NCBI GenBank assembly: GCA_036172245.1 | Contig: JAYWIR010000008.1 | Coordinates: 372,001 to 436,000, forward strand | Source of the DNA: Raillietiella orientalis | Taxonomy: Eukaryota | DNA length: 64,000 nucleotides | Direction: 5' to 3' | In this document: positions 25,841 through 38,302 of the stretch, one piece after another | Layout of the letters: each line of letters starts with the position of its first letter | Position numbering within the stretch: the stretch's first letter is position 1 | Position numbers and translations under genes: made by a program | Notes under the pieces: generated by a model | Seen by the model: only the letters and a program-made list of their open reading frames with translations | Databases searched by the model: none | Told to the model about the DNA's origin: nothing

Positions 25841-26330
25841 CCAGGAACAGGTCGATCTCCAGCTCCACCTTCTGGAGACGGACTGGCCAGGCGTCTGAAT
25901 GGAACAAGTCCCCCCGACGGAACTCACAAGCACTTCAAGTACTTGCGCTTGCGCCAAGCGTATCCACTCAGACTGTTCAGCCCAAGTCGCACCCACTATC
26001 CGAGAAATCGCCCTGTTTATCCCCTCACCCTCCACACGGCTTCACAACTGCAAGAAGGTCTCGCGCAGGGCTGGATGTGGGAAACGGGAGCAGGAGATGG
26101 TGGCCATGACTTCAGCGCCAACTCAAGGCATGTGCTGAAGAGCAGGAGGCTCAGGCTGCCGCCCTGGCAAATGCCGCGCCCCACCGGCAGGTCCACGTAC
26201 ACGTGTTGACCTCTGAAAGAGAGGGTTGTGAGCGCATCGCGCCTGCGGGAGCGCGCATAAGCCGTTTAGGCGGTTGGAGAACCCATGCGTTCGAAGGGCT
26301 CTGCAAGAAACTGCCCAGAAGGTCCACACA
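25841..26330 (-). pseudogene. Decayed L1/Tx1 RT-domain fragment
   Basis: PVGRGICQGGSLSLLLFSTCLEL (cf. GIRQGDSLSPLLFSTYFEL), VGATWAEQSEWIRL. Confidence 0.8.
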
Positions 26331-26669
26331 TTCGAATGACCTTCGCAGGTAAACTGAAACCGCTAGGGCTCCCTTCCGTGCTCAGAGAACACCGCGACAT
26401 TCGGGAGGAGGTCAACCGTTTTCTCCATCCCTGTCTCTGCTCCGTGCTCCTGTCCCCGAAACCATGCGCTCTCGAAAAAGAGGTTGGCAGGCGAACTCAC
26501 CTCGAAAAGGGCTGAAGTCCATGCTGAATCCTCTCGTGTGGACGGCGCACGTGGCAGGCGTTTCCGAGCGGATCACCCTGAACGACCCGCTTTCCTAGCG
26601 GTGCGGTGTCTCCTTCCGCATCCACCCCAAATCCGTCTGCAACTCGGTTGACTCGTAGTACTCGTACGA

Positions 26670-27701
26670 CTGGATCCGCTTGGGGATCCCCACGGTCAGG
26701 TGCTTCAAGTACCTTGGCGTTCCGTTGGGGGACTTCTGCGCATCAGAATCCTGTAGTCTGTGGGCTCAGACTACCCCCCTTGCCCCGGTGCTGCCCTCCT
26801 TGGTGTACTGTAGAGACAACAACGAGCAGGGAACCTGGAAAGTGTCGTGTACCGTGGAAGGCAGGACGCGACCGATAAAGACGTGGACATCTCGGCAGCT
26901 AGCGGACGCTACGACCCCGAGTGTCCCGCCCAATGGAATCATACGTTGGGGCGAGCTACTCGCAATACCTCCGGAGGAGGTGAAGTGGCCCCCAGCGTGT
27001 TGGAACAGTGGCTCCCTTCCCATTAAGTGACAGGAGATGGCGCTATTTGTTTTGCATTGGAGACTCCCCTGCAAAGCGCGCCTCACCCACTGGACTCGTG
27101 GGAGTGTGGATGCCTTTTGTGCACGGTGCGGAGAGAAGGAGACCTTCCTTCACTTTCTTGTGGAATGCGTCGCCCTCCACCCCCTCTGGGATCGTCTTGC
27201 TACGATCCTGAACATTGACGGAGGTACACCCAGGGACATTTTCCGGCGACTCTTCTCGCGTGCCTCCTTGCCCCCGGCCGCTTCCTTAGCAGTGCTGTAC
27301 TGCATACGCGGAATCGTGGCGGTATGGAATGCGTCTAGAAGATGCACGAATGGCAGGGTTGCCACCCACTGGACGCGAATATTCGCAAGAAAGCTCCACC
27401 TTGGCGTGAACGGGACTCAGCTCGCTAGGATCCTAAATACGATCTAGAGGACCAATCCACGCGCAGTGTGATCCCATCCCCGCCCCTCCCCACTCCCAGA
27501 ACTTTGTGCCCTCCCTACATTTCCTTTTGTTTGTTTTTTGTTTTATTTCTTCCCACCCCCGCGCGTTGGATGGACCTCGCCGGTTTTTGCGCCGGCAACT
27601 AGCTTGCTGTTGTGGAGTGGTGAGCCCTTGAGTTCACCACAAGAAAGTAACATGTATTTTTGTTTGTTTCAAATAAATGCCCCGGCACATCCGGGTGATA
27701 A
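26670..27701 (+). mobile_element. 5'-truncated, internally deleted L1/Tx1-type copy
   Basis: WIRLGIPTVRCFKYLGVPLG, CARCGEKETFLHFLVEC; terminus AATAAATGCCCCGGCACATCCGGGTGATAA; perfect TSD ACTCGTACGA (26660-26669 / 27702-27711). Confidence 0.92.
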
Positions 27702-28399
27702 ACTCGTACGAGTTTCTGTGTCGGGAAACAGGGAACACCATCCGGGCGTGCCACGATACGATGAACGCAAGACACGGCGCCCGTACATCCCACAGTCACT
27801 TTGCGCGACTGCGTTCCTTTTTCCTGGCCGTGCTGCTGTTGGGCCGGTGAAGTGGCGAACAGGCGCCGTTCCTGCCCGCAACGGCGGCTGGGCAGCGCAT
27901 CAGGGGCAACCCTCGCACATCTCAAGGCATCAACGCGGGAAGGGCGCTCGAAAAGTGCCACGGGACAGCCGCCCCCCGTGTCGAGTGCCGGTTCGCTGGA
28001 CGACGGGACGCGATCCGTGCCCGATGAGCCTTCTTTCGTGATTCCAAGAAGCAAACCGAAAATAAGATTAGGCATTTCCCGAGCAAGTTCACTTGTGGAG
28101 CGCAGGAAATGACAGGAAGAGGAAATACCAAGTTGTTTTTGGTTTTGCTTTTCATTTGTTGGCATTTCTATACTTTCCCACGATTTTGAAATGTACGGGC
28201 CTGCGATTCCACGGGAAGGGGCAGCACGCTGGACCCGGAGACGTCCACGCATGGAAAAGGTACGCTGAGACCGCTGGTCCACCGAGCAGAGCTCTTAGAC
28301 CGCGGAGTGGACCGGCCGATTGGGAATTCATGCCCTTTCGGCTGACAAAGTGCGTTGTGCTCCCGCAGCGAGAACATCTTCGGAGTTTGCAGAAATTGA

Positions 28400-31300
28400 A
28401 TTTTTCATATTTTTGCATGAATAGGCACAAAAATACTTACGTATCTTCAGATTTACGTTGTTTCCTTTTGTATGTATGCTTCTATCGTTTTGTCGGCTTA
28501 GTGGGAATTACTTTGCTTGAAAGGAAAGACATTTGGCTACCCTGCAAATTGCACCCTAACTTCAGCTAGCATAGTCGATGGCCATAGTGTTTTTTTTTTC
28601 TGCAAGTGGGATTTCCTGTATTGAGGGATATGTTGCACAAAGGCAGTGTTCGTGTGGAGAGTAGCTGTGTTCGGCAATTTGTCAGATTGAATTCTCTGGA
28701 AATTGAAAATAAAAGATTGTATCGATATGAGTTTGCTTTGGAATAGTGCATCTTCAGCAAGTTTCGTGAAGGTGCCGTCTTGCCTTTCTGTAATGTTTCC
28801 TATGATATCTCATTTATCGTGTGTGCGTATTTTCAAATGTACTTAAGAAATATAAATGTGAGAATGTCTATGTTCCCCGTGAAAAAGATCCTTACTAGGA
28901 AGTAAAACAGGAAGGTGTCCCGAGATCCATAGTTGTGGGCTTTTGATTTCGTTTTAGCATGTAAGGAGAAATCGTACATGCCGATGACAGTCACGGTACA
29001 CATTGTGTTCGATGAGCGCAGGTGTATTCCCCATGGTATGGATGTGAAAAGCAGAAAACATTGGGAGTTACGTATGTGATGTGACCAATGCTTATGAAGT
29101 GTGCGGTCATATGTATATCACGATGAATCGATGAATGCATTTTCAATAGTGTGGCATGCATGGAATTTGGCTGATTTTGCGTGCTGATGGGACATTCATC
29201 TGACGTGGAAGTGTGGGGATGGTGTTCAGACACGCTTGAATTCCTTACTTATACAGGCCTGGAAACCGTAAGTTTGGAATGTTATGGGGAGAGAATTAGA
29301 AAACCGTAAGTTTTCATGTAGGAAGCACGTGCTTTCTATGCTGGTGGTTGTTTTATGATTCCATATTTATCTAGTGATGAAAGCCTGTTGATATTAGTGT
29401 TGTTGAATGATCTAAGGAGTGAAGTTTGTGTTAAGGCTATTGGTGTTGATGTTAGCGATGACAAGAAGTTGTAGATGCATTTACCTCAACAGAATTGGCT
29501 TCGTCATTCCAATGTTTTTATGTAATGGACTATTCTTTGGTTTCGTTAAATAAAGTGAGTCCCTGCAGTCATTCGAGTTGATATTTTTTGAATGGTAAAT
29601 GTAAATTTAAGCCATCTCGTGAGCAGGAAAAAAATGTTTAAAAGAATATTTGAGAAAACCGTTTTTCTGTTAGTGCTTCTTTTTTTGTAATAAAATTTCG
29701 GAATAATGAACACGAATCGATCGGTGTTTTCATTGTTGCAGTGTTTTGGTTGCTACGCAAAGGAACGACTGGGGGTGCATTCCCACTTGCAAATTGCATT
29801 TTGGAAAAGACATTGATTGGAGCGGTTGGGCCGAACGAACTTCTGTTTTCCTATTTTAAGCATCCCATAAATTGCAAGGTAATTTATAAACCTGAATTTT
29901 AGCCTTAGTAAATCTGGGAATTCCAGTTGTGGGTAACAAACAATTTTCTTATTCAGGGTAATATAAAGTAGATGAGTAAGGTAAAATTCGTTTTTTTAAG
30001 AAGCAGAATACTTTGCACACATGTACTTCACCCATTTGCTTATTGGTTTTGAACAATCGTAAGGAGGTTTTACTTGGTGAATTTTCTTTTTTGAACATCC
30101 TATACACATGCCTGCTCTTTAAAGATTATTTCTTACGAAGCAGTTTTCCGTGGAATGATCACATTTGGTAATCTGACGGACATTTACTTCATGCAGTTCT
30201 TGACTGCATTTCTAGAAGACATTTTGGTAAGATTTCTGTTTTGTTTACCTATTTTTGTTTTTGATGTATCACAAGTGGCTGTGGTTCATTTGCTTACATG
30301 GGGAGAATTTAAGGATCCATGAATGCGTTTTCAATAGTATAGCATGCAAACACTTTGGCTGATTTGGAATTCTGCTATTGCTTTCATCTGACATGGAGGT
30401 GGATAGGGTTCAGACACTCTTCAATGCTTTACTATAAAGGCCTTTGTTAATACATTTTCGTCGTATTTAGTGGATCTTCATGTACTGCTGCTATTGTTTT
30501 GAATAAATCACGAATAATAGCAAACATCTCTATCATCATCCCAGTTTTGTATCGAAGGAATCACTAAATTTTGTATGTCTTGAAATCAATTATTAAAGTG
30601 TGATTTGAAAGTGCTTGGTAGGTCGTAATGAAATTGCCAAATTGTGTTTAACATGGCTGGAAACTAAAGTTTTCCTTAAATGGCTTCTCAAAGACCTAAA
30701 TAATTATGTGAATATAAACGAAAGTGTTTAGTTATTTTTCCATTCAAAGATCGAAGCGTTTTTTTTTAAAAAAAATTGTATTCTGTATTATAAAATTGGT
30801 TAATTGTATTGTCTCTGACATTGAATGCCATTGCTCTATCATACATGCAGTAGAAGTACTTTTTGTGTGCTTTGATTGATGTGCTATTTCAATTCTTAAG
30901 ACATATATTTGGAACTTCTAGGAATTCCATTAAACTTTTCGATTTGGTTTGATCCTACAGTAATGTTGTTTATTATGTGTCTATCATTTGTAGATTTATT
31001 CATTTTATGTATTCCGAACGGGTAATTTCGAAATTTGGATTAAGGAATAAAATGTTTTGCAGCTTGAACTCTGATTAGCCAATCAGTCTTTTTTTCAATA
31101 TCATAAACATTCCTCCATGTTAATATTGAGCAGCAAATCATGAGCTGCATGTTTTCTTGATTATTCTATTAATGAATGCTCAGAATTCTCTATATTGTGA
31201 TGTCTCAAATCCATCTTTCAACATGAAGTTGAAAGCAATCTTGAAAAGGGAATCTTGTTGAAAGCATATTTAAAGTTGCCACTGGCATGCACTGAATTGA

Positions 31301-34085
31301 AAATGTGCATTATTCACCACTGTGCGTTTTCAGAAGTCTATTAAAAAAACGTCAAAATTCCTCCATACTCTATGCTAATGTGGTCATATAAATTCTTAGG
31401 AATGCGATTAATCCGCACAGATGCTCGTTTGCTACAGTATGTGATAATAAGTCGACCTAAATCATGCAAACTGTCATTGGGAAATGAAACTTTGCAGTGA
31501 TGCGCACACTGCTACAGAAACTCGTGTTTGTACTGTTTTAAAAAATGTTTCCTGCATTGGAATTATTTTCAATTCTATTTATGCAAGTGTTGCACATTCA
31601 TATTTCTCAAAGCTCCAAAACAGTAATCAAAACGCTAATAATCATTTTTTAAAATTGAAAATCGTGGATTTTTCATGATTAAAACAGCTTCAAATCGAAG
31701 AACTTGCATTTTTAATAAGGAAAATTGGCATCACCCACTTGGTATGTATTCTTAACATAGAAAGTATCAAAGATCAACAAATAAGCAGCATATACTCACG
31801 GGTAAGAAGAAACGAGTTGGAAAATAATTGACGCTTTCAATTTGTTTTCCCCGAATTTCAACTCAGAAGAGTGTTTCTACAAGAAAGCAGTGAATGGAAT
31901 GCATGAATAGGATTATTCAGTTCAATTAGCTGTTGTTGGAGCATAAGTTTACAATAAAAAGTCATGGCTAAAGTTAAAGAGTAGCTAATTTACCATTAGT
32001 TTAGTAAAAAAAAAAATTTAATGCTTATTTGTTGAACAGAGAGATGGCATCCAATTTTGAAGGCAGCAAAGTGATGAAAAAGTGATAAAAATTTGATATG
32101 TGAAAAAAGAAGGAGCAACAACTATATGTGATCACAGCAAAAAGAAGTGAGATCAATGAGATGCAGGGAAATTACAAGCAGTAGCTCTAAAATGTTTTTT
32201 GTGATGCAAGTGTTTAGGTTTCAGCAAAGTGTTGAAAGACGGGTTTCAAGGAAACTTGTCTTAGTATGATGTGACTTGAAACTACCACTTGTACTTCTGC
32301 TCTACTTATTGTATGTAGAAAATTACGTGGGAAAGCAAAAGAGTGTTCTTACATAGGTTGTAGTGAAGAAGTTTATGTAAAATGGATGCAGATCTAAATG
32401 CTAAAGTACTTGCTAAATGAGGAAAATTTTCAGTTAAGCAGAATGACATGGAAATGTGAAGCACCAAACAGATGACTCCAAGAAAATTTTTTCTTTCTTT
32501 TTTTTTACCTCATTACTGTTGGTGAAAATTTGAAGTTTGTTTTGAAAAATCTTGTAAGCTTATTTAAGAGTCAGTAAGCAGTCAAGGGATAATTATCTGT
32601 TGCGTGGATAAAATCAAGTAGTTAAAAACACCAGAGAAAGTGGCACATTTCTGATAAAATTGCTGCTAGACATAGGGTGAAGAGCAAGTCTCCGAAGGAA
32701 TTATGTTGTCGTTAGTAGTTTGAATGCTTGGAATTCTATGTATTCAAATCGATATGACTTTTGTGGTTTCTAAATTATCTTTTTATCATGACAATTCCAA
32801 TTCTAAACTTAAACTTGCCATACAAATTGAAGTGTGCTATATTTGCCACAAATTACAAAATACAGTGGTAGGGGATTGAAAGTCTGAGAGTAAATTGGCT
32901 TTATATGTGTATTACCCACAGTGAACCCAAACTGAAATTTTCAAATGGAAATAATGAACTTAGTACAAAGGCCAGTTTTCTGGTAAATGAAGTTTTTTTC
33001 TTCTGTGTGCCAAGCATTTCCATCATTGCAGTTGGTAGCAAACAACAGCTTCGTTTTGATTTTGCAACTATTAGAGCTTATTAAAATTAAGAATAAATGT
33101 TTCTCAAGGAAAGATTGATTCAATTTATTTGCACAGTTAAGGTGTTATAGTTTAATAGCACCTGCTAGCATGGCTGTTCCCAAGAAAATACTTCATATTA
33201 GTTACATTTACACTAAGTAGTGTCGTGGCATGGAAATTTTGATTAAACAAAGAAGAAAATGCCAACTGCAAAAGAATTCATTATTCCATCAACGTTGTAA
33301 TAAGCTATCATAAACTGTTTAGGTAAAATTTGTAGGAAGCTTAGAAAAAAGGGACAGTTCATAATTTCTCATAATGTACATATGCAAACATTCACTACAC
33401 GTGTTCATATGTGTACTCAGTCGATCTTGTTTTTTAAGTATTTAGAAAAAAATGAAAATCAAATTCAACCCTTCGTGAAAAGATCTCCTTCCCCCCTCCC
33501 CCCGTGCTTGATAGCTTAGTGCACTGTTATTTAGAAACTGGAAATTCTATGGTAGATCAAATATGAATTTGGATAAAGTGCTCCTAACATTAGCAAAAAA
33601 TTGGAAAATAATAGGGTGAACAGTTTGCCGCAGCACCAGAAAGAGCACAGAGACGTCCGACACAGTCGCACGCAATCTGAGCAGAGATGCGTTAGCCCGA
33701 GTGCACGAACACTTTATCAAAAATATCAGCAATTATGTATGTTAAAATAAGTTTGTATTGCATTCAATCATTCAATCTATCTATTATCTGTATATGTACA
33801 AAAGGCACATATGTGTATTTTTACAACCCTTACAAGATATATTAAATATGTTGATTTCTATATCAGTATACAGATTCATATACATCAAGCATACCTATTT
33901 ATTTTCAGTAATTTTACTCATACGTCTCACTCCACGCACAAATATGTATGCTGACATAAAAAACATATTATGAAATACATCGATGATATGCATATTAATA
34001 AACAATGTTAGCGTCAATAAATGTATATGCTAAAATAAATCTCCACATTCATCTACATGTAAATATACACATTAAAATCCAAAAT
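28400..34085. other. AT-rich, ORF-poor island (intron-like or intergenic host DNA)
   Basis: Abrupt drop in GC and very few ORFs; no L1/Tx1 termini seen. Confidence 0.8.
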
Positions 34086-34089
34086 TCAA

Positions 34090-35170
34090 CGTGTAACCTG
34101 GTGGCACGTCAACGGGCTGCGCGACGACGGCAGGAGACGGGACGCACCTGCCTCTGCGACGGTTCGACCTGGGGTTTCTGCAAGAGATCTCCAAGAGAGA
34201 AGATCTCTGCGGAAGAGATCCAGGGAATTGAAGCGATCGGGGGCGGCCAGCTGCATGGGCGTTGCGGGCTCGGCTCGACGCACTCGTTAGAGGTCGCCTT
34301 TTCGCTGAAACCAACCATGAAGAGCACCGTGCAAGACGTTCAGTTCGATGAGGAAGGTCGAGTTGGACAACTCGTTCTCAAATGGTCCGAATCGATCGAC
34401 CTTTTCGTGACCAATATATACGCACCAAGAGGATCCAACATGAGCGGGACGAGGACCGGATTCGTCGAAGTCCCGAAGCGCGAATGTTTGGTGGAAGTAG
34501 GCGTGCAAAGAGTCCACATGATAGTGGGAGATTTCAACATCACCTTGCTTTCAGGAAGGTGTAGTGGCCAGCTCAACCTGGTTAACGAGATGTGCGCAGC
34601 AATGCACACGTGCAACTTGCTGACTGGGGTCATTGGCATGGAAGGCAGCAGCGATCACGTCTTCCTCGACGACCACCTGCAGGCACGGATCGGTTATTGT
34701 GGAAAGTCGAGAACTACGTTGTCGGATCACGACCGAATTGAGCTGGAAGTACTCCCACGCGGGAATGATCCCTCTTCCAGCTCGCGGCACCTACCAAGGC
34801 ATTAGCCCCACCTCCCAGAGGCTGCGGAACACTTCTGTTGCTTCCTGCGAGATGCAGACGTGCAGCAACTCGAAGACTAGGACGAGATGAAGTGCTCGGT
34901 TCGAGAGTTCTGCACGGGTTCCCTGTAGATCCCCCCCATCCTCCGCCGGGTTGGTGAGGGAATGCGCGACGAGCGCGCGTATCTCCAAGCTCGGTGCTTC
35001 AGAAAAAGCCAGAGGTTCGTCATCTGGCTGAGCGACAAGCCTGGCACTCAGGAGAACCAGCTTATTGGACGACCAGGGCCAGGAGCGCTCGTCCCCGGCA
35101 CACGTACAATACATCGTGCTCCAATTTTGCTCCTCCTTGTACGGGAGAGCGCCACCGAACATCTCCGCCA
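34090..35170 (+). pseudogene. Decayed ORF2 5' fragment (APE endonuclease) of L1/Tx1-type element
   Basis: WHVNGLR, LVLKWSESIDLFVTNIYAP, IVGDFNI, DHVFL, LSDH; homologous to 49535-50600. Confidence 0.88.
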
Positions 35171-35191
35171 TCGGCCAGCTCAAGAGGAGGA

Positions 35192-35575
35192 AAGCTCGTC
35201 TCCGCGGTGGAGGGGGACCAGCAGGGCCGGAGTGACGGAAGAAGGTGCGACGGCGAGAGCAAGGGTTGCTGCGCGCCGTATCTTCCTGGTACGTCGTCGC
35301 CGGACCAGGCTGCAAGAACCGAGCTGCCTGGGCCACCCTCTGTCCGCCTGCTGCAGGGTCCAACCTTTCCTGAACAGCCTCTTTCGAGAGCCGATTTCCG
35401 TTCTTTATTCCCTCGGGGTGAACGAATTGGCAACTTCCTTCTTCCCTTTCCCATCCGTGTCTGCCGCCTTCCATGCTGCAGGCGGACGAGTGCAAAGATT
35501 ATGGTAAAACAACAAGTGTTGCAAAAGACGATGTGTGCGCTTCGGCTTTTCGCTTGGAAAAGGAAGTAAAAAAAT
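35192..35575 (-). repeat. Inverted partial copy of ~60090-60475 / ~22120-22503
   Basis: Reverse-complement near-identity. Confidence 0.9.
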
Positions 35576-35584
35576 AAAGACGCC

Positions 35585-36808
35585 CTCCATCGGTCGATGG
35601 GGTCAGGAAGACACGCAGGAGACGGGGTACCAAGGCGAGGGACGGCAGACGGGAGTGATGGCCGCCAACCCTTCGTTCCCGTCCGTATCCTGCTCGTCCT
35701 CCGGCATCTCGTGCACCGGAACTTCTTGCTCCAGGATGCCACACACTGGGTGTTCTTGCGCTGGGATCTCACGCCTGGGGTCTTCTTGCTCTGGGTTCTC
35801 ACGTCTCGAATGTTTCCCCTCCCGCATATCGGGAACGGGATCTTCTTCCTAGAGCTCCATCTGCGGTCGCGCTACGCTGTCCTTCAGGTACTCGGCGGCG
35901 AGCATCAACATGTACATGGAGATCTTGAGGTCTTCGGTCTGCTTCCGCCTCGCTTCCTCGCTCCGCCGGTAGAGCTCCTGGAAGGGAGCGGGAGTCACAA
36001 AGCTGAGGGATGCGGGTCGGACATCTGGGCCAGCCTGCCCCCATCCTCGATCGGCCGGAGGCGTGGCGTATCGCGGAGCGGAAGGGACGTACCTTGTAGC
36101 GGTGGGCCTGTCGAAGCGCCTCTCGGCACTGCTGCCGCAGCTGCAGGTTATCCTCCTCCAGTCTGGAGACTTTTCCGGATTAGCCCCCGACGGAGGGGAA
36201 GGAGCTACCAACGGCGCGGGACGTCTCTTCAGCAGTCCGCCCGTCCTTCAGGGGTGCGTCCAGCTTCTGCAACGGCAAGCCGTGCAGGAGATGGGAATTA
36301 AAGCGGCGCCCAGCCGGCTCCCCCCCGATAAACGCTCGTCCGGACGAGCCCTCTTCGGCAGGGCAGACGCGGCCGTTTCGCAGTCGGCGCAGGAAAACGG
36401 TCGTGCCTGAAAAGCCTGGGGCTCCCACCCCGTTTCCTCGAGAGCCGGGCAACGGGTGTCACCCGCTGTCCCTCAGTCGGCTGCTGGCGTCCCCGTCCGG
36501 CAACGGCGGTGAAGCGACTTCCGCGCAGAGACAACGCGCTCGCACCATGCAACCCCGACGGCGTTCGGAGCGCCTCGGGCGGCCGAGCTACGAAACCACG
36601 TAAGGTACGGCACAGGTCGCGAGCGGTCTCCTCCGGGGGCCAACGATACACGAGACAATGGGAAACGCCCCCTTCTTGCCCTCGTCGCCTCCGGTGCGTA
36701 AACGATGGCGCGCCGAGGGTGACGTCACGAAAGTGACTGACGCCCGCGGCGACAGGGAGAGGAGCAGACGCACACGACGTCACTCTTCCATCCCCAAAAC
36801 CTTCCCCA
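35585..36808 (+). repeat. Segmental duplication of ~60995-62245; the minus strand looks like a decayed gene of unknown family
   Basis: Near-identical apart from a short extra repeat unit in the 61-kb copy; minus frame FQELYRRSEEARRKQTEDLKISMYMLMLAAEYLKD contains stops. Confidence 0.9.
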
Positions 36809-37463
36809 TTGCCCGCGTCGGAGGCCTTATGGTTAAGGTTTCCGCGTGTGGCACCGTGCGTCGCGGGTTCGAATACTTCGGCAGAAACTCTGACGCCACT
36901 GCGTTGTTGAGTTCCGAGTTTCTCCTGCAATGGCGCTGGTGGGCCGAGACATTCGGGCGTGGCACCGGCGGTGGTTTGATCCGGAGGCCCCCGATGAAGG
37001 CCGGAACAATGGGAGTCGACCTTCGGGTCCTCCCAGGAATCAAGGAGTGGGGAGTCCCCCCCTCCTGTCCTGCAACGGAGAGCGGACCCCCCCCCACCGG
37101 GGGACCCTCCGAGTCGTCGCCTCTTCACAGAGTGCACAAGGAAGCGAGAGCGATTTCCTGCGGGAAGCTGCAGCGCCCCTTCTGAGTTTCGGAAGCGTCC
37201 CTTCGGGGTTCTCTTCAGAGGAGTGAATAAAGGAGCGGTTCCCTTGCGGGTTCCCTCAGGAGAAGAAATTCCTACAAGCGGATCCTTTCCGGGTTCCCTT
37301 CGGAGAAGTTGAAATGAAGTTGAAATGGAGAGGACAGCTTCTCCCCATTGGTGGGGGGGTGTCCCTCCGGAGAGAATGAGGAAGGAGATTCCCTTCGGGG
37401 TTCCCCTTCGGAGACAACCAGGGTGGGAGGTGCGATCCCCCACCCTGGTTGATCGCCCCACCC
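36809..37463 (+). repeat. tRNA-headed (SINE-like) repeat with internal ~23-nt repeats
   Basis: GCCCGCGT..GGCCTTATGGTTAAGG (A box/D-arm-like), GGGTTCGAATAC (B box-like); four CCYTTSSGGGTTCCCTTCGGAGA-like units at 37200-37415. Confidence 0.6.
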
Positions 37464-37597
37464 GGAAGCGGCGCCTTCTTTCGTGATCCCAAGAAGCAAA
37501 CCACGCAAATCCTCCTCTCCTCGTCTCCCCCTCTATCTCCGTCGGACACGCAGAAAGTCATACGCTCCCCTCCTCCCCCTCCCACACAGAAAATTAC

Positions 37598-37774
37598 TTT
37601 GCACAGGATGACGCCGTTTTCCAGAACTTCCAGGAAGTTGTCCGTGGTTACGGGCAGACAGTACAGCTGGCGGAGGCGTTCCGCGAGATCTTCCTTCATG
37701 GCGTACAGATATGTTTCCGACGATTTGAACGGTTTGTGTAGGCGTGGATCCAAGGACAACTCATTGGTCCACAT
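37598..37774 (-). pseudogene. Orphan first coding exon of a GAS2-like (GAS2L/pickled eggs family) calponin-homology protein, copy 1
   Basis: [59 protein letters not shown] followed by GTAATT donor; matches the GAS2-family [20 protein letters not shown]...LETGVxLC motif. Confidence 0.85.
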
Positions 37775-38302
37775 TGCTGCTCGCTCGTGCCGCTCGTGGT
37801 CATCATCTTCGGTTCGCCAGTTCACGCACACGCAGTAGCAGCCAGCATCCAAGCCATTTTCCCTGCGCCTCGCAGGCGCGTGTGCGCGTCGAGAGTACAC
37901 TCCACATTCCGACCTTCCCACCGGAGGAGCAAATGCGGTCTCTTTGACGATCGCTGGTCAGTACAGCGCCCGCGGGCTGAGCTGCGTGCACGCCCAGGAA
38001 AGGTCGGTGCCGAGGCGGGGGCACTCGAGCGGGGGCGGTCCGCTCTTGCAGCCTTTCCGCAATGGTAGCCGATCCCTCCTTCTGCTGGTGTGGAGCGAAC
38101 GAAGCAGCCGCCAAGAGTCTGGCGCGGAGGCGCTCCTCAATAATCTTTGGTCTGGGGACCATCTGCAGGGGGCAGTCACCGGCCCAAGCAGCAGAATGCG
38201 GGAGGGAGCGCCGCCGCTCACGGAAAATGGTTGGGGTGGGAAGAGGGGAAATCGAGGAACCACAGTTGTGTGCGCGCGCGCGTTCGACGCTTTGTTTCGC
38301 GT

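Larger units (their letters stand above)
25841..28029 (+). repeat. Left arm of 2.19-kb near-perfect inverted repeat (partner 38303-40491)
   Basis: Reverse-complement identity; inner ORF translations are identical in both arms. Confidence 0.95.

Noticed and set aside
25841..27701. Twin-priming 5' inversion of a single element
   Set aside because: The plus copy has its own perfect TSD, and the minus RT fragment overlaps the same region with a different sequence, so these are two separate copies
37200..37415. CRISPR-like array of ~23-nt repeats
   Set aside because: Degenerate repeats, irregular spacing, eukaryotic context and no cas genes
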